A DNA stretch of 54,845 nucleotides from a virus (IMGVR_UViG_3300020195_000651:1-54845), one strand, 5' to 3'; shown: positions 19,716-29,917, numbered from the stretch's first letter. The notes: generated from the sequence alone by a model not told the origin. Made by a program: numbers and translations.

Positions 19716-19743
19716 ATTCTATCACATTAACCATCCTTGTCAA
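19716..19743 (-). promoter_or_regulatory. sigma70-type promoter
   Basis: TTGACA-16 nt-TAGAAT on the minus strand upstream of the WYL-like gene. Confidence 0.55.
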
Positions 19744-19848
19744 CTATTTTACTTAGAAATTACTTTTCAAATTCAACATCTTGTCTTTTGCATCCATTGG
19801 GCGATAGGTAAATTGTATCATAAGTAATTCTGATGTCAACATCGATAA

Positions 19849-20844
19849 TTATTTTGCAAACCATTTGTCTAGTATGTTTTTAATTCCAAATCGTCCTCTG
19901 CCATATTTTTTGCAAATAGTGTCCATAACTTCTTTTTTTGTTTTTGATTCACTAATCCAGCATTCGTAATCTTTTACAATCAATTCTATTTCTTCTTCAG
20001 TGATTGGCTTTCCTTGATTTGGCGGAGTTTCATTAACTACAAATTTTAGTGATTTAAGATCACGACCAAATTCAACTTCATCTAGTTTTGGCATCCAATA
20101 ATCAAAACTGTGTTTGTTTAATTCAAATCCAATTGGTTCGCGACCTAGTTTTTTTGATACGAATGCTGTTGTGAAATTACCCATAAAAAAATCACAAACT
20201 ACATCTCCTGGGTCAGATGAATACCGAACCAGTTTTTCAATAAGAGCATTTGGTAATTTATTTTTGTTCTTAACCTCGCCAGGATTAAATTCTTTATTGA
20301 TTTTGAAAACATCTTCCAAATCATCATACAAAGAATCATCAATTTCAAAAACGTCTTCAATATCTCGATAATTCAATGACCCTTTTTTGTCACGTTCTTG
20401 TGATCCATAACGACAATAAGTATTAAATTTATGTGATGAACCAGGTTTCGACATGTATAAAATATGGTAATGAGATGTAACAAATTTTTTCTTTGTAGCT
20501 ACTCCAAAATTGAATTTCCAAATTATGTGATTTATTAATTGTAAATCTAATTCATCTGCCGCATTCAATATATGTCTTAGATTAGTCCATCCAGATATTA
20601 CATACATTGACCCATTTGGTTTCATTATTCTTTTAGCTTGTTCTAACCACTTGTAAGAAAACTCATAATAATCATCAACTTTAGTTTCTACGTATCCTTC
20701 TAATAAAGTTTTATTGTCTCTTTTATAATATTTATCAAATGTACTTTCATTGATGCCAAATGGTGGGTCATAAATCCCCAAATCTATAGTTTCAGATTTA
20801 ATTTTTGTTTTGGCTCCTTCAATGCAATCTTCATTATAAATCAT
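19849..20844 (-). CDS. N6-A/N4-C DNA methyltransferase (beta class)
   Basis: YDPPFG, DFFMGNFTT, GFELN. Confidence 0.88.
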   Translation of the reverse strand: MIYNEDCIEGAKTKIKSETIDLGIYDPPFGINESTFDKYYKRDNKTLLEGYVETKVDDYYEFSYKWLEQAKRIMKPNGSMYVISGWTNLRHILNAADELDLQLINHIIWKFNFGVATKKKFVTSHYHILYMSKPGSSHKFNTYCRYGSQERDKKGSLNYRDIEDVFEIDDSLYDDLEDVFKINKEFNPGEVKNKNKLPNALIEKLVRYSSDPGDVVCDFFMGNFTTAFVSKKLGREPIGFELNKHSFDYWMPKLDEVEFGRDLKSLKFVVNETPPNQGKPITEEEIELIVKDYECWISESKTKKEVMDTICKKYGRGRFGIKNILDKWFAK

Positions 20845-21488
20845 ATTTTAACTTTCGCATGTACCAATTTTAGAAAATCTGATTTTGAAATTGGCTTATC
20901 TTGAAAAATAATAGTCATATTTTCATCATCAAGTAGATTTATGATATCATATACTGGTATTCCTATATCATCGCGTGGAATTCTTTTACCAATACTTTCA
21001 TAAAGCTTTATTTCTTTAATTTTTACACTTTGATGTTTTTCAATCAATGGATTGAGCAATTCCGCATTTTTTCTACCGATAATAATTAGCGAAAAAACAA
21101 TATCTCCACTTCTCTTCATACAAGAGTACATAAAAGCGTCATATTCTAGTGTTTGAATTCGACGAATTGGATCATTTTGTTTGTCGAACTTTAATTCACC
21201 AAGACCTTTTTCAGTTAGTGATTTGTTTTTAGGCCATTGAGCCTTTTGTTCGCCGTTTTTAATTTCTAATTCTGGGCAAATAAAATCTATGCCAGACGTT
21301 CCATCTGGCTCCAATTCAATACCTTGTTCATTCAGTTTATAATGTTTAATGAATTGTTGCATTTGCAGGATTGATCTGTTTAAGTTGTTATAAAATAAGT
21401 CTTTTTTATATTTAACTTTTAGTTTTTCCTGGCCGCACATTATGTTTTTGAGTTCTTCACAAAGTACAGAAAGATCATTTAATTTCAT
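20841..21488 (-). CDS. Hypothetical protein, possible restriction endonuclease
   Basis: AT-rich, ATGA-coupled to the MTase; GIDF...GEQK could be a PD-(D/E)xK motif. Confidence 0.45.
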   Translation of the reverse strand: MKLNDLSVLCEELKNIMCGQEKLKVKYKKDLFYNNLNRSILQMQQFIKHYKLNEQGIELEPDGTSGIDFICPELEIKNGEQKAQWPKNKSLTEKGLGELKFDKQNDPIRRIQTLEYDAFMYSCMKRSGDIVFSLIIIGRKNAELLNPLIEKHQSVKIKEIKLYESIGKRIPRDDIGIPVYDIINLLDDENMTIIFQDKPISKSDFLKLVHAKVKI

Positions 21489-21518
21489 GTTTAATAAGTT
21501 CCAATCGTTGTTTTCAAT

Positions 21519-21547
21519 ACTATAATCGATATCACCATTAATGTCAA
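21519..21547 (-). promoter_or_regulatory. sigma70-type promoter
   Basis: TTGACA-17 nt-TATAGT on the minus strand. Confidence 0.55.
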
Positions 21548-21563
21548 TTATTAATTACGTAAA

Positions 21564-21593
21564 AATACCCAACTGGACGTCCAGTTGGGTATT
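21564..21593. terminator. Perfect 30 bp palindrome after uvsX
   Basis: aatacccaactggac|gtccagttgggtatt. Confidence 0.65.
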
Positions 21594-21605
21594 AAATACA
21601 ATTAA

Positions 21606-22796
21606 TTACTCATCGCCTGCTACATCAATTTCAGATGCAACATCCATAGTCACAGCATCATTAGCTGCCCCAAACGTATCGATGTAATATTGAACCTGTT
21701 CTGTACCAGTTGCATCAATCAACGCAGGACACTCCAACAACGTTTGCACGGGAACCGTATTCTGTTCCTTATTAGCCTTGAACTTAATTGTCTGTCCACC
21801 TGCCCACGGTTCTGCCACTGTATAGTTACCAGCACTTCCCTGAATCAATCTTCCAGCCTGCAACAATACATCCAACAAACCACCAAATGGATCAATGCCC
21901 TTGTCGTAGAACAAATGAACGTTCTTTGCTTCTTTGTGGGCACCAGTAAACCTACTCTTAGTACATTTGAATGTAACGTTCATGCCAATTGTACGTTCAT
22001 TACCATCCTTGAGTTGCTTGTATGAGTGCATCCTGATACGTGTTGAACAATAGTATTTCAGTGCTTCGCCACCACCTGCCTCGATAGTATCTGGTCCATA
22101 CATAACTCCAATTTTCTTTCGTAATTGGTTTACAAACAAAATTGCTGTGTGAGTCTCTTTCACGATTGGCATGAGCTTACGTAACTCAGAAGAACATATC
22201 CTGGCTCGTTCTCCTGGCTTTTCTACACCAGCGCCAGCTTCTTTGATTTGAGTCTTGGTTGCTTCTTCCATGTCTAACGTAGTTTGTGCAAATTCACGTG
22301 AAGATGGAGAAACTGCAATTGAGTCATACACAATGCACAATGGGCGTTCTTTTGGAACTGCTGCTGGACCACGTACCTGTCTAATTACCTTGTGAATGCG
22401 ATTAAATGACCCTTCTAGGGTATCACAATCAGTCACAATCAACTTCTTAGGATCAACGTGTGACGCCTTGATAGCGAAGTTCTTACTGACAGCATGTTCA
22501 GCATCATGGAACACAGGAATTCCACCATAGGTCTGACAGCCACGTAGGAAGTTCGTACCTAGAAGTGATTTACCAGTAGCCGACTCTCCGGAGACTTCTG
22601 CCATTGCACCGATTGGGAATCCGCCACCAATGAAACGTTCACTGATTATATAATTAAGAGCGATAATTCCTGTATCGATAAATCCTGGGCAATTATCTAA
22701 TTCATCGAGTAGATCGCCACCAACATCTTTGCTGAGTGTTTTGAACATATCCAATTCATTCTCAGCCATTACTATTTCTTTTGTTTTCTTTGCCAT
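21606..22796 (-). CDS. uvsX: RecA/UvsX recombinase
   Basis: IDTG, GESATGKS, DAEHA, VYDSIA, FVNQLR, GGGEALKYY. Confidence 0.92.
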   Translation of the reverse strand: MAKKTKEIVMAENELDMFKTLSKDVGGDLLDELDNCPGFIDTGIIALNYIISERFIGGGFPIGAMAEVSGESATGKSLLGTNFLRGCQTYGGIPVFHDAEHAVSKNFAIKASHVDPKKLIVTDCDTLEGSFNRIHKVIRQVRGPAAVPKERPLCIVYDSIAVSPSSREFAQTTLDMEEATKTQIKEAGAGVEKPGERARICSSELRKLMPIVKETHTAILFVNQLRKKIGVMYGPDTIEAGGGEALKYYCSTRIRMHSYKQLKDGNERTIGMNVTFKCTKSRFTGAHKEAKNVHLFYDKGIDPFGGLLDVLLQAGRLIQGSAGNYTVAEPWAGGQTIKFKANKEQNTVPVQTLLECPALIDATGTEQVQYYIDTFGAANDAVTMDVASEIDVAGDE

Positions 22797-22876
22797 ATTT
22801 CCTCTTGTTTTTAAACTTTATAATGAGACGAAAAAAGACATGGACGTGTTGTCCATGTCTTTGATTTCAAACACTT

Positions 22877-23764
22877 TTACATTGACCGCAATTCAGCAAT
22901 AAAATCGTCGTCAGCTAATGATTCATCCTCATCATCTTTTGGTTTAGGAGCATTTACTTTTTTAGCTGCGGGAGCAGCAACTTCTTCAGACTTGCTACCA
23001 GAATCAAAATCCAATGCTGGGTCTTTCTCAAGACCTCTAAAGATTCTTAGTTCCTTCATAATCTCTTCGGTCGTCTTGACCTGTCGTAGTGCCTGCAAAT
23101 CATGCAAATTCTCAAGCCAAGCCGCAATCTGTTTGCTAGTACCAGTTGGTGACACGCCAACGAATTTAGACTCATCATAATTCGGATATGCTTCTGTTCC
23201 AGCCTTGCGAAGTCTCTTGATGATCTTCAAATCTCGACCAGTTTCTACATCACTGATATCACCCAATTCTGGCTCGTCCAACGATGGATCGCCCAAAATG
23301 GCACGAATGATTCTTGCGTGAAGTTGCTTGCCGATGGACAGAATCTTAGGACCAATGTCCTTTTCAACCTCGTTGGTTTGAGAGTTTATCTGAGAGCGAA
23401 CAATAACATTGTAGTAATATCGTTCCATAGGTTTAATACTACGGGCTTCTGCGCGAATCTGTTCTGCTTCATCACCACCTTTTTGATCAGATTCTTTCCA
23501 CAGGTTACGATAATAGTTACAAATCGGACAGAAACCTTGCCACTTACCTGCTACTAGCATTTGTGGACAATGGATATTCTTCTGACCGAGTTTGTGCGTG
23601 CGAGTCACGCAATAAAGCTTCTGTCCCTTGCGTGGCGGAAGAATTCTTACCACGACGCTGCCTTCACCTTCAGGCATTCGGACGAAGTTATCAAGGAAAT
23701 TGTTGTTGCCAGAGCTTTCAAGACGTGTTTGTTCTTGGCGAAGTTCGTTTAAATCAAGACCCAT
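22877..23764 (-). CDS. Single-stranded DNA-binding protein, T4 gp32-like
   Basis: VRILP, CPIC, RYYYNV, GRDLKI, YPNYDESKF, acidic C-terminal tail; next to uvsX. Confidence 0.85.
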   Translation of the reverse strand: MGLDLNELRQEQTRLESSGNNNFLDNFVRMPEGEGSVVVRILPPRKGQKLYCVTRTHKLGQKNIHCPQMLVAGKWQGFCPICNYYRNLWKESDQKGGDEAEQIRAEARSIKPMERYYYNVIVRSQINSQTNEVEKDIGPKILSIGKQLHARIIRAILGDPSLDEPELGDISDVETGRDLKIIKRLRKAGTEAYPNYDESKFVGVSPTGTSKQIAAWLENLHDLQALRQVKTTEEIMKELRIFRGLEKDPALDFDSGSKSEEVAAPAAKKVNAPKPKDDEDESLADDDFIAELRSM

Positions 23765-23875
23765 AGTTTATCTCCAGTAATTTACAGTTAAGGAAGTTTT
23801 CTGTAGAAGTTATTTCTACACGTATTAATCGGCTACAGAACGGAAAACTTGAATCGAATTATCGATAAACGTGAA

Positions 23876-23899
23876 AAAACCCAGCAATTGCTGGGTTTT
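23876..23899. terminator. Perfect 24 bp palindrome, likely terminator
   Basis: aaaacccagcaa|ttgctgggtttt. Confidence 0.65.
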
Positions 23900-23913
23900 A
23901 AGTGAAAATTTAT

Positions 23914-24261
23914 TTAGAACTTGACGATATGAAGTGGTTTGTCCAAACTGTTTGCTATATCGATTGAACTTTTAGTTCCTCTCGATATCTCATCCCAAAA
24001 CGCAACTACCGCATCACTTTCTTTGATGATATCATGGTTTCGCAAGAATCCTGCTCTCCTACCGTATTTATTCCAGTCTGGTTTGAAGATCAATGTGTGG
24101 ACATTGTGTTGTCTTGCCCATTCTTCTGCCAAAGTGTCTGCGCCAACAGCACCACCCGAAACAATTAGGGTGATGGTTTTGATTTTGTTGATTTTATTTA
24201 GCGTCTTGTCTAACAAGATTTGATCTTGGAATTGTCTGCTACCGACTACTGCTAATTTAAT
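23914..24261 (-). CDS. SLOG-family protein (DUF2493/YAcAr-like), probable ATT start
   Basis: IKLAVVGSRQF, VSGGAVGAD, AGFLRN, FWDEISRGTKSSI. Confidence 0.82.
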   Translation of the reverse strand: MKLAVVGSRQFQDQILLDKTLNKINKIKTITLIVSGGAVGADTLAEEWARQHNVHTLIFKPDWNKYGRRAGFLRNHDIIKESDAVVAFWDEISRGTKSSIDIANSLDKPLHIVKF

Positions 24262-24536
24262 TTCTTTGCCTCTGACTTGATTTTACTGTCAATGAATGAT
24301 TGTGGAACGTTCCCGTTCAATGCCGCCCATTCTGAATCTGTTAGGGTGTCCTTAGCAGCATAACTGGCAAATAGATAATCCAAGTACGAACGTCCAAACA
24401 TTTTCGTCATCTTGACGAAATCATGAGTTACATTAAACTCACCTTTTGATGTGAGTCCTTCGGTACAAAACCGGCTCCAATCACTTTGTTTCATACTGGT
24501 CTCTTTACCTTGTTGCCATTGAACCAATACCCACAC
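24252..24536 (-). CDS. Hypothetical protein (probable start MKQSDW)
   Basis: ORF in operon. Confidence 0.6.
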   Translation of the reverse strand: MWVLVQWQQGKETSMKQSDWSRFCTEGLTSKGEFNVTHDFVKMTKMFGRSYLDYLFASYAAKDTLTDSEWAALNGNVPQSFIDSKIKSEAKKLN

Positions 24537-24778
24537 ATATCATTAATTAGTTTGAGTCCTTCTGGACTGTCTATTGGCACATCCAGATCACAAATAACCG
24601 TATCGTGGTTACAACGGGGACAAATTGCATTGCTGGACGATTTGAACAAAGTCACCGTACTGGCGTCAAATACGACGCAACAATAAAAACAACCTGCGCG
24701 CCGACTAGCTTTGACTGAAGCATAGTTTTTACGACAGAACTCATGTGCAAGTTCTGGGTCGTATTGAACTTCGTTCAT
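24491..24778 (-). CDS. Cys-rich hypothetical protein
   Basis: GCFYC...AICPRC. Confidence 0.7.
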   Translation of the reverse strand: MNEVQYDPELAHEFCRKNYASVKASRRAGCFYCCVVFDASTVTLFKSSSNAICPRCNHDTVICDLDVPIDSPEGLKLINDMCGYWFNGNKVKRPV

Positions 24779-26217
24779 ATCAGAACATCCTCGTTTTGTC
24801 CAAGGCTCTCAGGATACTTATCACGAATTTGAGCTACGATGCCACTCAAAAACTCTTTAGCTTGATGTTCAGCTAGTCCCGTATAGTTCTCAGGACTGAA
24901 ATCTTCTTGAGAATCAAAAACCGCCTTTGAAGTTAAAGGATTTTTCGCCAAGTTACGCAGCAAATCGTTATTGTCCCCAGCAGCCACTTGTTGTGCAGCA
25001 TAAACAGATTCATCTCTTATCAAAGCATGTATTGCTTGACGATCTCCACCTGCTTTGACCGCCTTCATCATTATGCCTTCTGTGGCTACAAAAGGCATTT
25101 CTCGCATTGTGCGGCGACGAATAACGTTGCGATTAACAATTATACCAGAAGAAATGTTAAGTGCAAGTTTCAAAATCGCATCTGCTGCCATAAAAGCATT
25201 TGGCAACGATAATCGACGTACCGCACTATCGTCCAAAGTTCTCTCCAACCATTGCGTCATTGCCGTCATTTCAAAGTTATGACACTCGTTGACCAAATAT
25301 CTCGACAAAGAACACATTCGTTCGCATTTGTGGGGATTCTTTTTGTATCCCATAGCCGACGAACCAACTTGAGTCTTGCTGAACGATTCTTGCAATTCTT
25401 GATCGTGTTGTAGCAATCTCATATCGCAACCAAACTTATGCAATGTCTGTCCGATTCCACTCAGGACAGACATAATCATCGATTCGTATTTTCTTGAATA
25501 AGTTTGTCCCGTGATGAGGTAAATATTCTTGAACCCCATTTTGTTAGCAAATAAATTCTCTAATTCTTCAACCTTACGTGCATTACCGAGTAATTCAAGG
25601 TAACTGGCTTGTGTGCCTGTTGCTCCTTTCAAGCCACGAAAGCACAAGTCATTAATCCAGCGATCAATTTGTGCAAGGTCTTCAACCAAGTCTGCGATCC
25701 ACAAACAAGTACGTTTACCAAGAGTCGTAAACTGTGCAGACTGATAATGAGTGTATGCTATACAGGACAGATCAATGTGTGCTTCGGCAAATTGAGCAAG
25801 TTTGTCAATAACTCCGATGAGACGGTGACGCACCAGGACAAGACTTTCCCGCACTAAAATCAGGTCTGCGTTATCTGTAATGTCGCAACTGGTTGCGCCC
25901 AAGTGAATGATTTCTTTTGCCTTTGGGCACAGTTCACCGAGTAGTCTGATGTGTGCAACGACGTCATGTTTGCACTCTTCTTCGAGTTCACCAAGTCGAG
26001 AAATCTCTCGTGGGTCTTCTTTGAATGAATCCACGTGCGCACGAAGTTCGGAAATCATTTCAGGATGGATTCTTGGCTTGCCCTTAGAATCCATTAAGCC
26101 AACTTCCATTTGTGACTCAGCAAGTGCAATCCACAATTGTCTATGTGTTTGCAACCGACGATTCTCTGACCAAATATCTCGCATTTGTTTCGAAGAATAT
26201 CTGTAGGAAAGTTGCAT
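24775..26217 (-). CDS. purB: Adenylosuccinate lyase
   Basis: HDVVAH, IHLGATS, YTHYQ, GATGT, GSSAMGYKKNP, WLERTLDDS. Confidence 0.95.
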   Translation of the reverse strand: MQLSYRYSSKQMRDIWSENRRLQTHRQLWIALAESQMEVGLMDSKGKPRIHPEMISELRAHVDSFKEDPREISRLGELEEECKHDVVAHIRLLGELCPKAKEIIHLGATSCDITDNADLILVRESLVLVRHRLIGVIDKLAQFAEAHIDLSCIAYTHYQSAQFTTLGKRTCLWIADLVEDLAQIDRWINDLCFRGLKGATGTQASYLELLGNARKVEELENLFANKMGFKNIYLITGQTYSRKYESMIMSVLSGIGQTLHKFGCDMRLLQHDQELQESFSKTQVGSSAMGYKKNPHKCERMCSLSRYLVNECHNFEMTAMTQWLERTLDDSAVRRLSLPNAFMAADAILKLALNISSGIIVNRNVIRRRTMREMPFVATEGIMMKAVKAGGDRQAIHALIRDESVYAAQQVAAGDNNDLLRNLAKNPLTSKAVFDSQEDFSPENYTGLAEHQAKEFLSGIVAQIRDKYPESLGQNEDVLI

Positions 26218-26219
26218 TG

Positions 26220-26792
26220 TTATTCCTTGAAGTGTTGTTCGCCTTTGAGAATCAATTTCTTGATTTCTTTAGGTGACAGAATCTTTTCCAGTCCGCTTTT
26301 ATAAAGCCCTGGGATTAAATCAAAATCAATTGCATATGTTACATTGTTGTATTTGATTGAGTCAATGGAGAATATTGGTGCGTTGATGGATGGATGCCAC
26401 CCGCTCATATACCGCATAACTTTTCCTTTCCATCCTGTTCCTAAACGGGAACACCAAACACTGCTATGATACTCAACCCAGTATGTTCTATCAGCAAGTT
26501 GGACCATTCTTTGTAGTGGAGATGGCGCAATTTGCTCTCCGACAAACATGCTTGCAAATGATGTTGGATAGCGTCTCCCTGCTTCTATAAGCCTCATCAT
26601 GCGTCCACGTCCATCATGTGGATATGCCACGCAATACATCAATGAATCATGCGTTTTTAACAACTCACTGATAAGTCCAAAATCGGGCGTTTGAAAATCA
26701 TTGTGCCGAAGAAAGTCAAAAATCGCCATCCTGTCTTCTGGTGTTTTTGGTTTAGTTCCCTTTACACTGTCACGCAGCTTTTTGACTTTCAT
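26220..26792 (-). CDS. Hypothetical protein (possibly ATP-grasp-related)
   Basis: 190 aa; IFSID...YAIDFD..PG. Confidence 0.6.
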   Translation of the reverse strand: MKVKKLRDSVKGTKPKTPEDRMAIFDFLRHNDFQTPDFGLISELLKTHDSLMYCVAYPHDGRGRMMRLIEAGRRYPTSFASMFVGEQIAPSPLQRMVQLADRTYWVEYHSSVWCSRLGTGWKGKVMRYMSGWHPSINAPIFSIDSIKYNNVTYAIDFDLIPGLYKSGLEKILSPKEIKKLILKGEQHFKE

Positions 26793-28131
26793 ATTGTTCC
26801 TCCTTTTGGAGTTCGCTCATTTTATCAACAGCAAGATTTGAGTCATCGCGATACGACATCAAGTGGTGTTGTAGTTTCGCCATACTGGTTTTTTCTCCAA
26901 TTCCAGCAGCGAATCGTTCTGCCAATTTTGGATTTGCGTCTGGATAAAATCGGAGGAAAAGACGATAAGCTTGACTTGGTGTTGTGTCTCCAATATAAAC
27001 TTTAACATCTGCTCTACCAGGACGAGTCAGAGCGGCGTCCAATTTCTCTGGATGGTTTGTTGTCATGAACACTATTCTTCCATCTTGAGCCATGATCCCG
27101 TCCAAAGCGTTTAACACACCACTGAATGTCAATCCGAAATCAATTCCCTTTTTACGGTCTGTGCCTGGATTTCTTTTCACAAAGGCACAATCAATATCTT
27201 CGATCAAAACGATGGTGTTGGTGTCAACGCTCCCCAACAATTCAATGATCTTCCCGTCATTCATTCCTGGGGAGGACAATGAAAGAACATTGACATTCAT
27301 TCCCAATTCGCTTGCGACTGCTAGTACGAATGAGCTTTTCCCATTGCCCGGTGAGCCATAAAGCAAATATCCGCGTCGGTATGGAACGCCAAGTTTTGTG
27401 TACCATTCGCCTGATTTTTGGAATCTTTTTACATCTGCCAAAACTTGTTCGCTTGTGCCTTCTTCTAAAACAACGGATTCAATTGGGCGTGGACGAATTC
27501 TTCCTGTCAAGTTCCAGTATGATCCCTGACCGCATGTTCTGATTTCCACTTTACCATCTTTAGGCAAAGCGAAATCACGTGCCTCTTCTACAATCTGTTT
27601 GGCAATGTCAATATTTCTGCTGAAGATACGGAGAGTCAAACTTTCTCGTGGTTTCATCCCACTATCAGATGATCCGCCTTTACCTTCTGGCTCGGTACGG
27701 TTGCGGTTCATCGTAACGAGAGTGCCCTTGTAGAAAAACCAATACCACCCAGGCGCAGGAGTGAACACGATTCGTGGTCGCTTGTCTTCGTTATCGTCTT
27801 GTACATATTTGAATTTATCTACGTCGTCTTCCCACTCAGGTGCGGCTTTTGGTCTACGTGTGAATACGGAGACTGAGCGACTACCTTCGAGGGTTCTGGA
27901 GAGCCAGAGTTTCATCCATTGAAAACTTTCATCTTCTTCTTGGATGTCTACGACAGTGATGAACCATCGCTCAAACAGTCGAAACAGTTTACCGGGAACA
28001 TTGCGGAAATAGGCAAGAGCTGCCCCGAACACAATGAGGAGTGCGCCACCCGAGACGAACTCAGTCCCGCCTGGAAGGAACGGAATCATTTTGTTTCCAA
28101 AAGTTTTAGTTCTGTGGCGTGTCCCGCACAC
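26770..28131 (-). CDS. BCS1-like membrane-anchored AAA+ ATPase (probable start MIPFL, 28089)
   Basis: N-terminal TM segment; GVPYRRGYLLYGSPGNGKS, IEDID, FSGVLNALDG, MTTNH, LTRPGRAD. Confidence 0.9.
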   Translation of the reverse strand: MCGTRHRTKTFGNKMIPFLPGGTEFVSGGALLIVFGAALAYFRNVPGKLFRLFERWFITVVDIQEEDESFQWMKLWLSRTLEGSRSVSVFTRRPKAAPEWEDDVDKFKYVQDDNEDKRPRIVFTPAPGWYWFFYKGTLVTMNRNRTEPEGKGGSSDSGMKPRESLTLRIFSRNIDIAKQIVEEARDFALPKDGKVEIRTCGQGSYWNLTGRIRPRPIESVVLEEGTSEQVLADVKRFQKSGEWYTKLGVPYRRGYLLYGSPGNGKSSFVLAVASELGMNVNVLSLSSPGMNDGKIIELLGSVDTNTIVLIEDIDCAFVKRNPGTDRKKGIDFGLTFSGVLNALDGIMAQDGRIVFMTTNHPEKLDAALTRPGRADVKVYIGDTTPSQAYRLFLRFYPDANPKLAERFAAGIGEKTSMAKLQHHLMSYRDDSNLAVDKMSELQKEEQYESQKAA

Positions 28132-28307
28132 GAATAACCATGTTTTTCATGGCATGGATGAGGTATTTTCATGCCACTCAACATCGTATCAATTTTTTTT
28201 CTTGTTTCAACTGAAAGTAATTCAGGTAGATGAGGGCATGTTCGACACATTTCAGTTTTTGGTTTCAATAAACCAATACCATCAGGTCCAAACTTAGACT
28301 TTTCCAT
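28086..28307 (-). CDS. Hypothetical protein
   Basis: CRTCP...HPCHE...CAG. Confidence 0.6.
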   Translation of the reverse strand: MEKSKFGPDGIGLLKPKTEMCRTCPHLPELLSVETRKKIDTMLSGMKIPHPCHEKHGYSCAGHATELKLLETK

Positions 28308-28597
28308 TTAAACTTTAGCCCAAAAACTCAGGTTCTTTTTCTTTGTCACCATCAGAGAGCATCGCAATTGGTTCCAATTTGATTGTAACGTGATGTTTGT
28401 AAACGGTCCCGTCGATATTTTTCACTAAAGCAAAAGGAAACGAGTCATATTGCATGATTTCAGCAATTTCTGTTTCTGCATCTTCCACTGAGGGATACTC
28501 TTGCACAATACCATTAGTATACCAGACTTGGATCATTTAAACTTTATCCTAAAAACTCAGGTTCTTTTTCTTTGTCACCATCAGAGAGCATCGCAAT
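28305..28597. repeat. 64 bp direct repeat (28305-28368 and 28534-28597)
   Basis: Two mismatches, both synonymous; covers the C-terminus IAMLSDGDKEKEPEFLG, stop, spacer and next ATG. Confidence 0.92.
28315..28536 (-). CDS. Hypothetical protein
   Basis: 73 aa; shares its C-terminus with the upstream gene. Confidence 0.6.
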   Translation of the reverse strand: MIQVWYTNGIVQEYPSVEDAETEIAEIMQYDSFPFALVKNIDGTVYKHHVTIKLEPIAMLSDGDKEKEPEFLG

Positions 28598-28852
28598 CAA
28601 GTTTCCGATAGTTGTTCCGTTTGCGTTTATCGCAGCAGTAATGGCTCCACGATTTTTACGTTGATTGATAATAGTCAGCATGGCTGGGTCAGTCAATAGG
28701 TTCTCCTTATTCTTGAAGTCAGCAAGCGGTCTTGACATAATTGTATGACTTTTTGGATCAATAGTATCTTGTTGTGTATCTAAAATTGAAATAATGATAT
28801 ATTTGATTGCATTGACATCCTTATCATTTGCGAATTCCCGAAACGTTTTCAT
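28544..28852 (-). CDS. Hypothetical protein, N-terminus MKTFREFAND (capsid-targeting-like)
   Basis: TATATA 5 nt before ATG at 28852. Confidence 0.7.
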   Translation of the reverse strand: MKTFREFANDKDVNAIKYIIISILDTQQDTIDPKSHTIMSRPLADFKNKENLLTDPAMLTIINQRKNRGAITAAINANGTTIGNLIAMLSDGDKEKEPEFLG

Positions 28853-28857
28853 GCCCA

Positions 28858-28863
28858 TATATA
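28858..28863. promoter_or_regulatory. Bidirectional TATATA putative late promoter
   Basis: Palindromic hexamer 5 nt before the minus-strand ATG (28852) and 6 nt before the plus-strand ATG (28870). Confidence 0.55.
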
Positions 28864-28869
28864 TTAATT

Positions 28870-29658
28870 ATGCGAAATAAAACATTCCGTGAGGCAATGG
28901 AAGACATATATGGTTTTGAAGACAAACACCCTAAACCTGTCGAAAAACCTGATCCTTCTGACGAGTTACCAATTCAACATTTTTCTCTGAATAGAATGCT
29001 GGATGAGCTAGCGAGACTTCAAGTTGGTGGTTTTCGGGTTACTCGTCCATTTGAGGATGAAGTACGCTGGGGTGAGTCTGACGGGGCAATACGCGCGCGT
29101 CTGACTCCAAATCAAGGTGTTAGCATTGAGCGATTAACATCCGACTTGGAAGGAAAACCATTCTGGATTACGAAAAAACTGGTCAAGATGAAAACCAATC
29201 AATTTGCTGGGCATGAAGATGTCGTATCCGGCGAGATTGAAGAACATATTTTATCTTTAGCTAGAGAACCAATTGATGGAGCAGTTAGAGGATATAAAGA
29301 TATTTGGACTTTAACCAAAAGAGTTGCGGAGGGAGTAAAAGGAGTCAATCCATCTTTTGTTTATCAAGAAATCAAAAAGGTCAGTGAAACAAATTACAAC
29401 ATATTATTTTCTGTTGCTAACGGTGGTGTTGGACAAATTGTTAGAAATACTAAGGGTGGTTCTACGCCAGCAGGTATTATAGATATGAGTTATAATCCAG
29501 AACGAGGTTCAATTAAAGGGATATTGACTACCATTGAAATTGAAGGCGAATCAAGTTCGTGGGTGATTGGGATACCTTATTTTATGGGTGAGTTCAGTCC
29601 GACTCAACCCATTGATGAAATTGTACGTGCGCTTCAAGCAGGGTTAAAGTTTATATGA
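28870..29658 (+). CDS. Hypothetical protein, N-terminus MRNKTFREAME
   Basis: Long ORF; ATG at 28870. Confidence 0.75.
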   Translation: MRNKTFREAMEDIYGFEDKHPKPVEKPDPSDELPIQHFSLNRMLDELARLQVGGFRVTRPFEDEVRWGESDGAIRARLTPNQGVSIERLTSDLEGKPFWITKKLVKMKTNQFAGHEDVVSGEIEEHILSLAREPIDGAVRGYKDIWTLTKRVAEGVKGVNPSFVYQEIKKVSETNYNILFSVANGGVGQIVRNTKGGSTPAGIIDMSYNPERGSIKGILTTIEIEGESSSWVIGIPYFMGEFSPTQPIDEIVRALQAGLKFI

Positions 29659-29915
29659 TTATCAGAGCGAAATGTTACATCAGCGATACACTCGGCTTCA
29701 GGAGATAATTTTTTGAGACGAATTAAATTGCTGATTTTTTGTATAACTTCATTGACTGTTCCTGTTATTTCATCCGGAACTGTAGCGATACATTCTTTTT
29801 CTGGAGGGCATTTTTTGAGATAGTGAATAATTTCAGCAACGGTTCCTTCAATTTCCCAACCCCATTTTTCACGATGTAATTTTGCTTCGTTAATAATATC
29901 AAATAATCTTTTCAT
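29634..29915 (-). CDS. Hypothetical protein with internal duplication
   Basis: IEGTVAEII...PEKECIA / ITGTVNEVI...PEAECIA. Confidence 0.65.
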   Translation of the reverse strand: MKRLFDIINEAKLHREKWGWEIEGTVAEIIHYLKKCPPEKECIATVPDEITGTVNEVIQKISNLIRLKKLSPEAECIADVTFRSDNHINFNPA

Positions 29916-29917
29916 TA

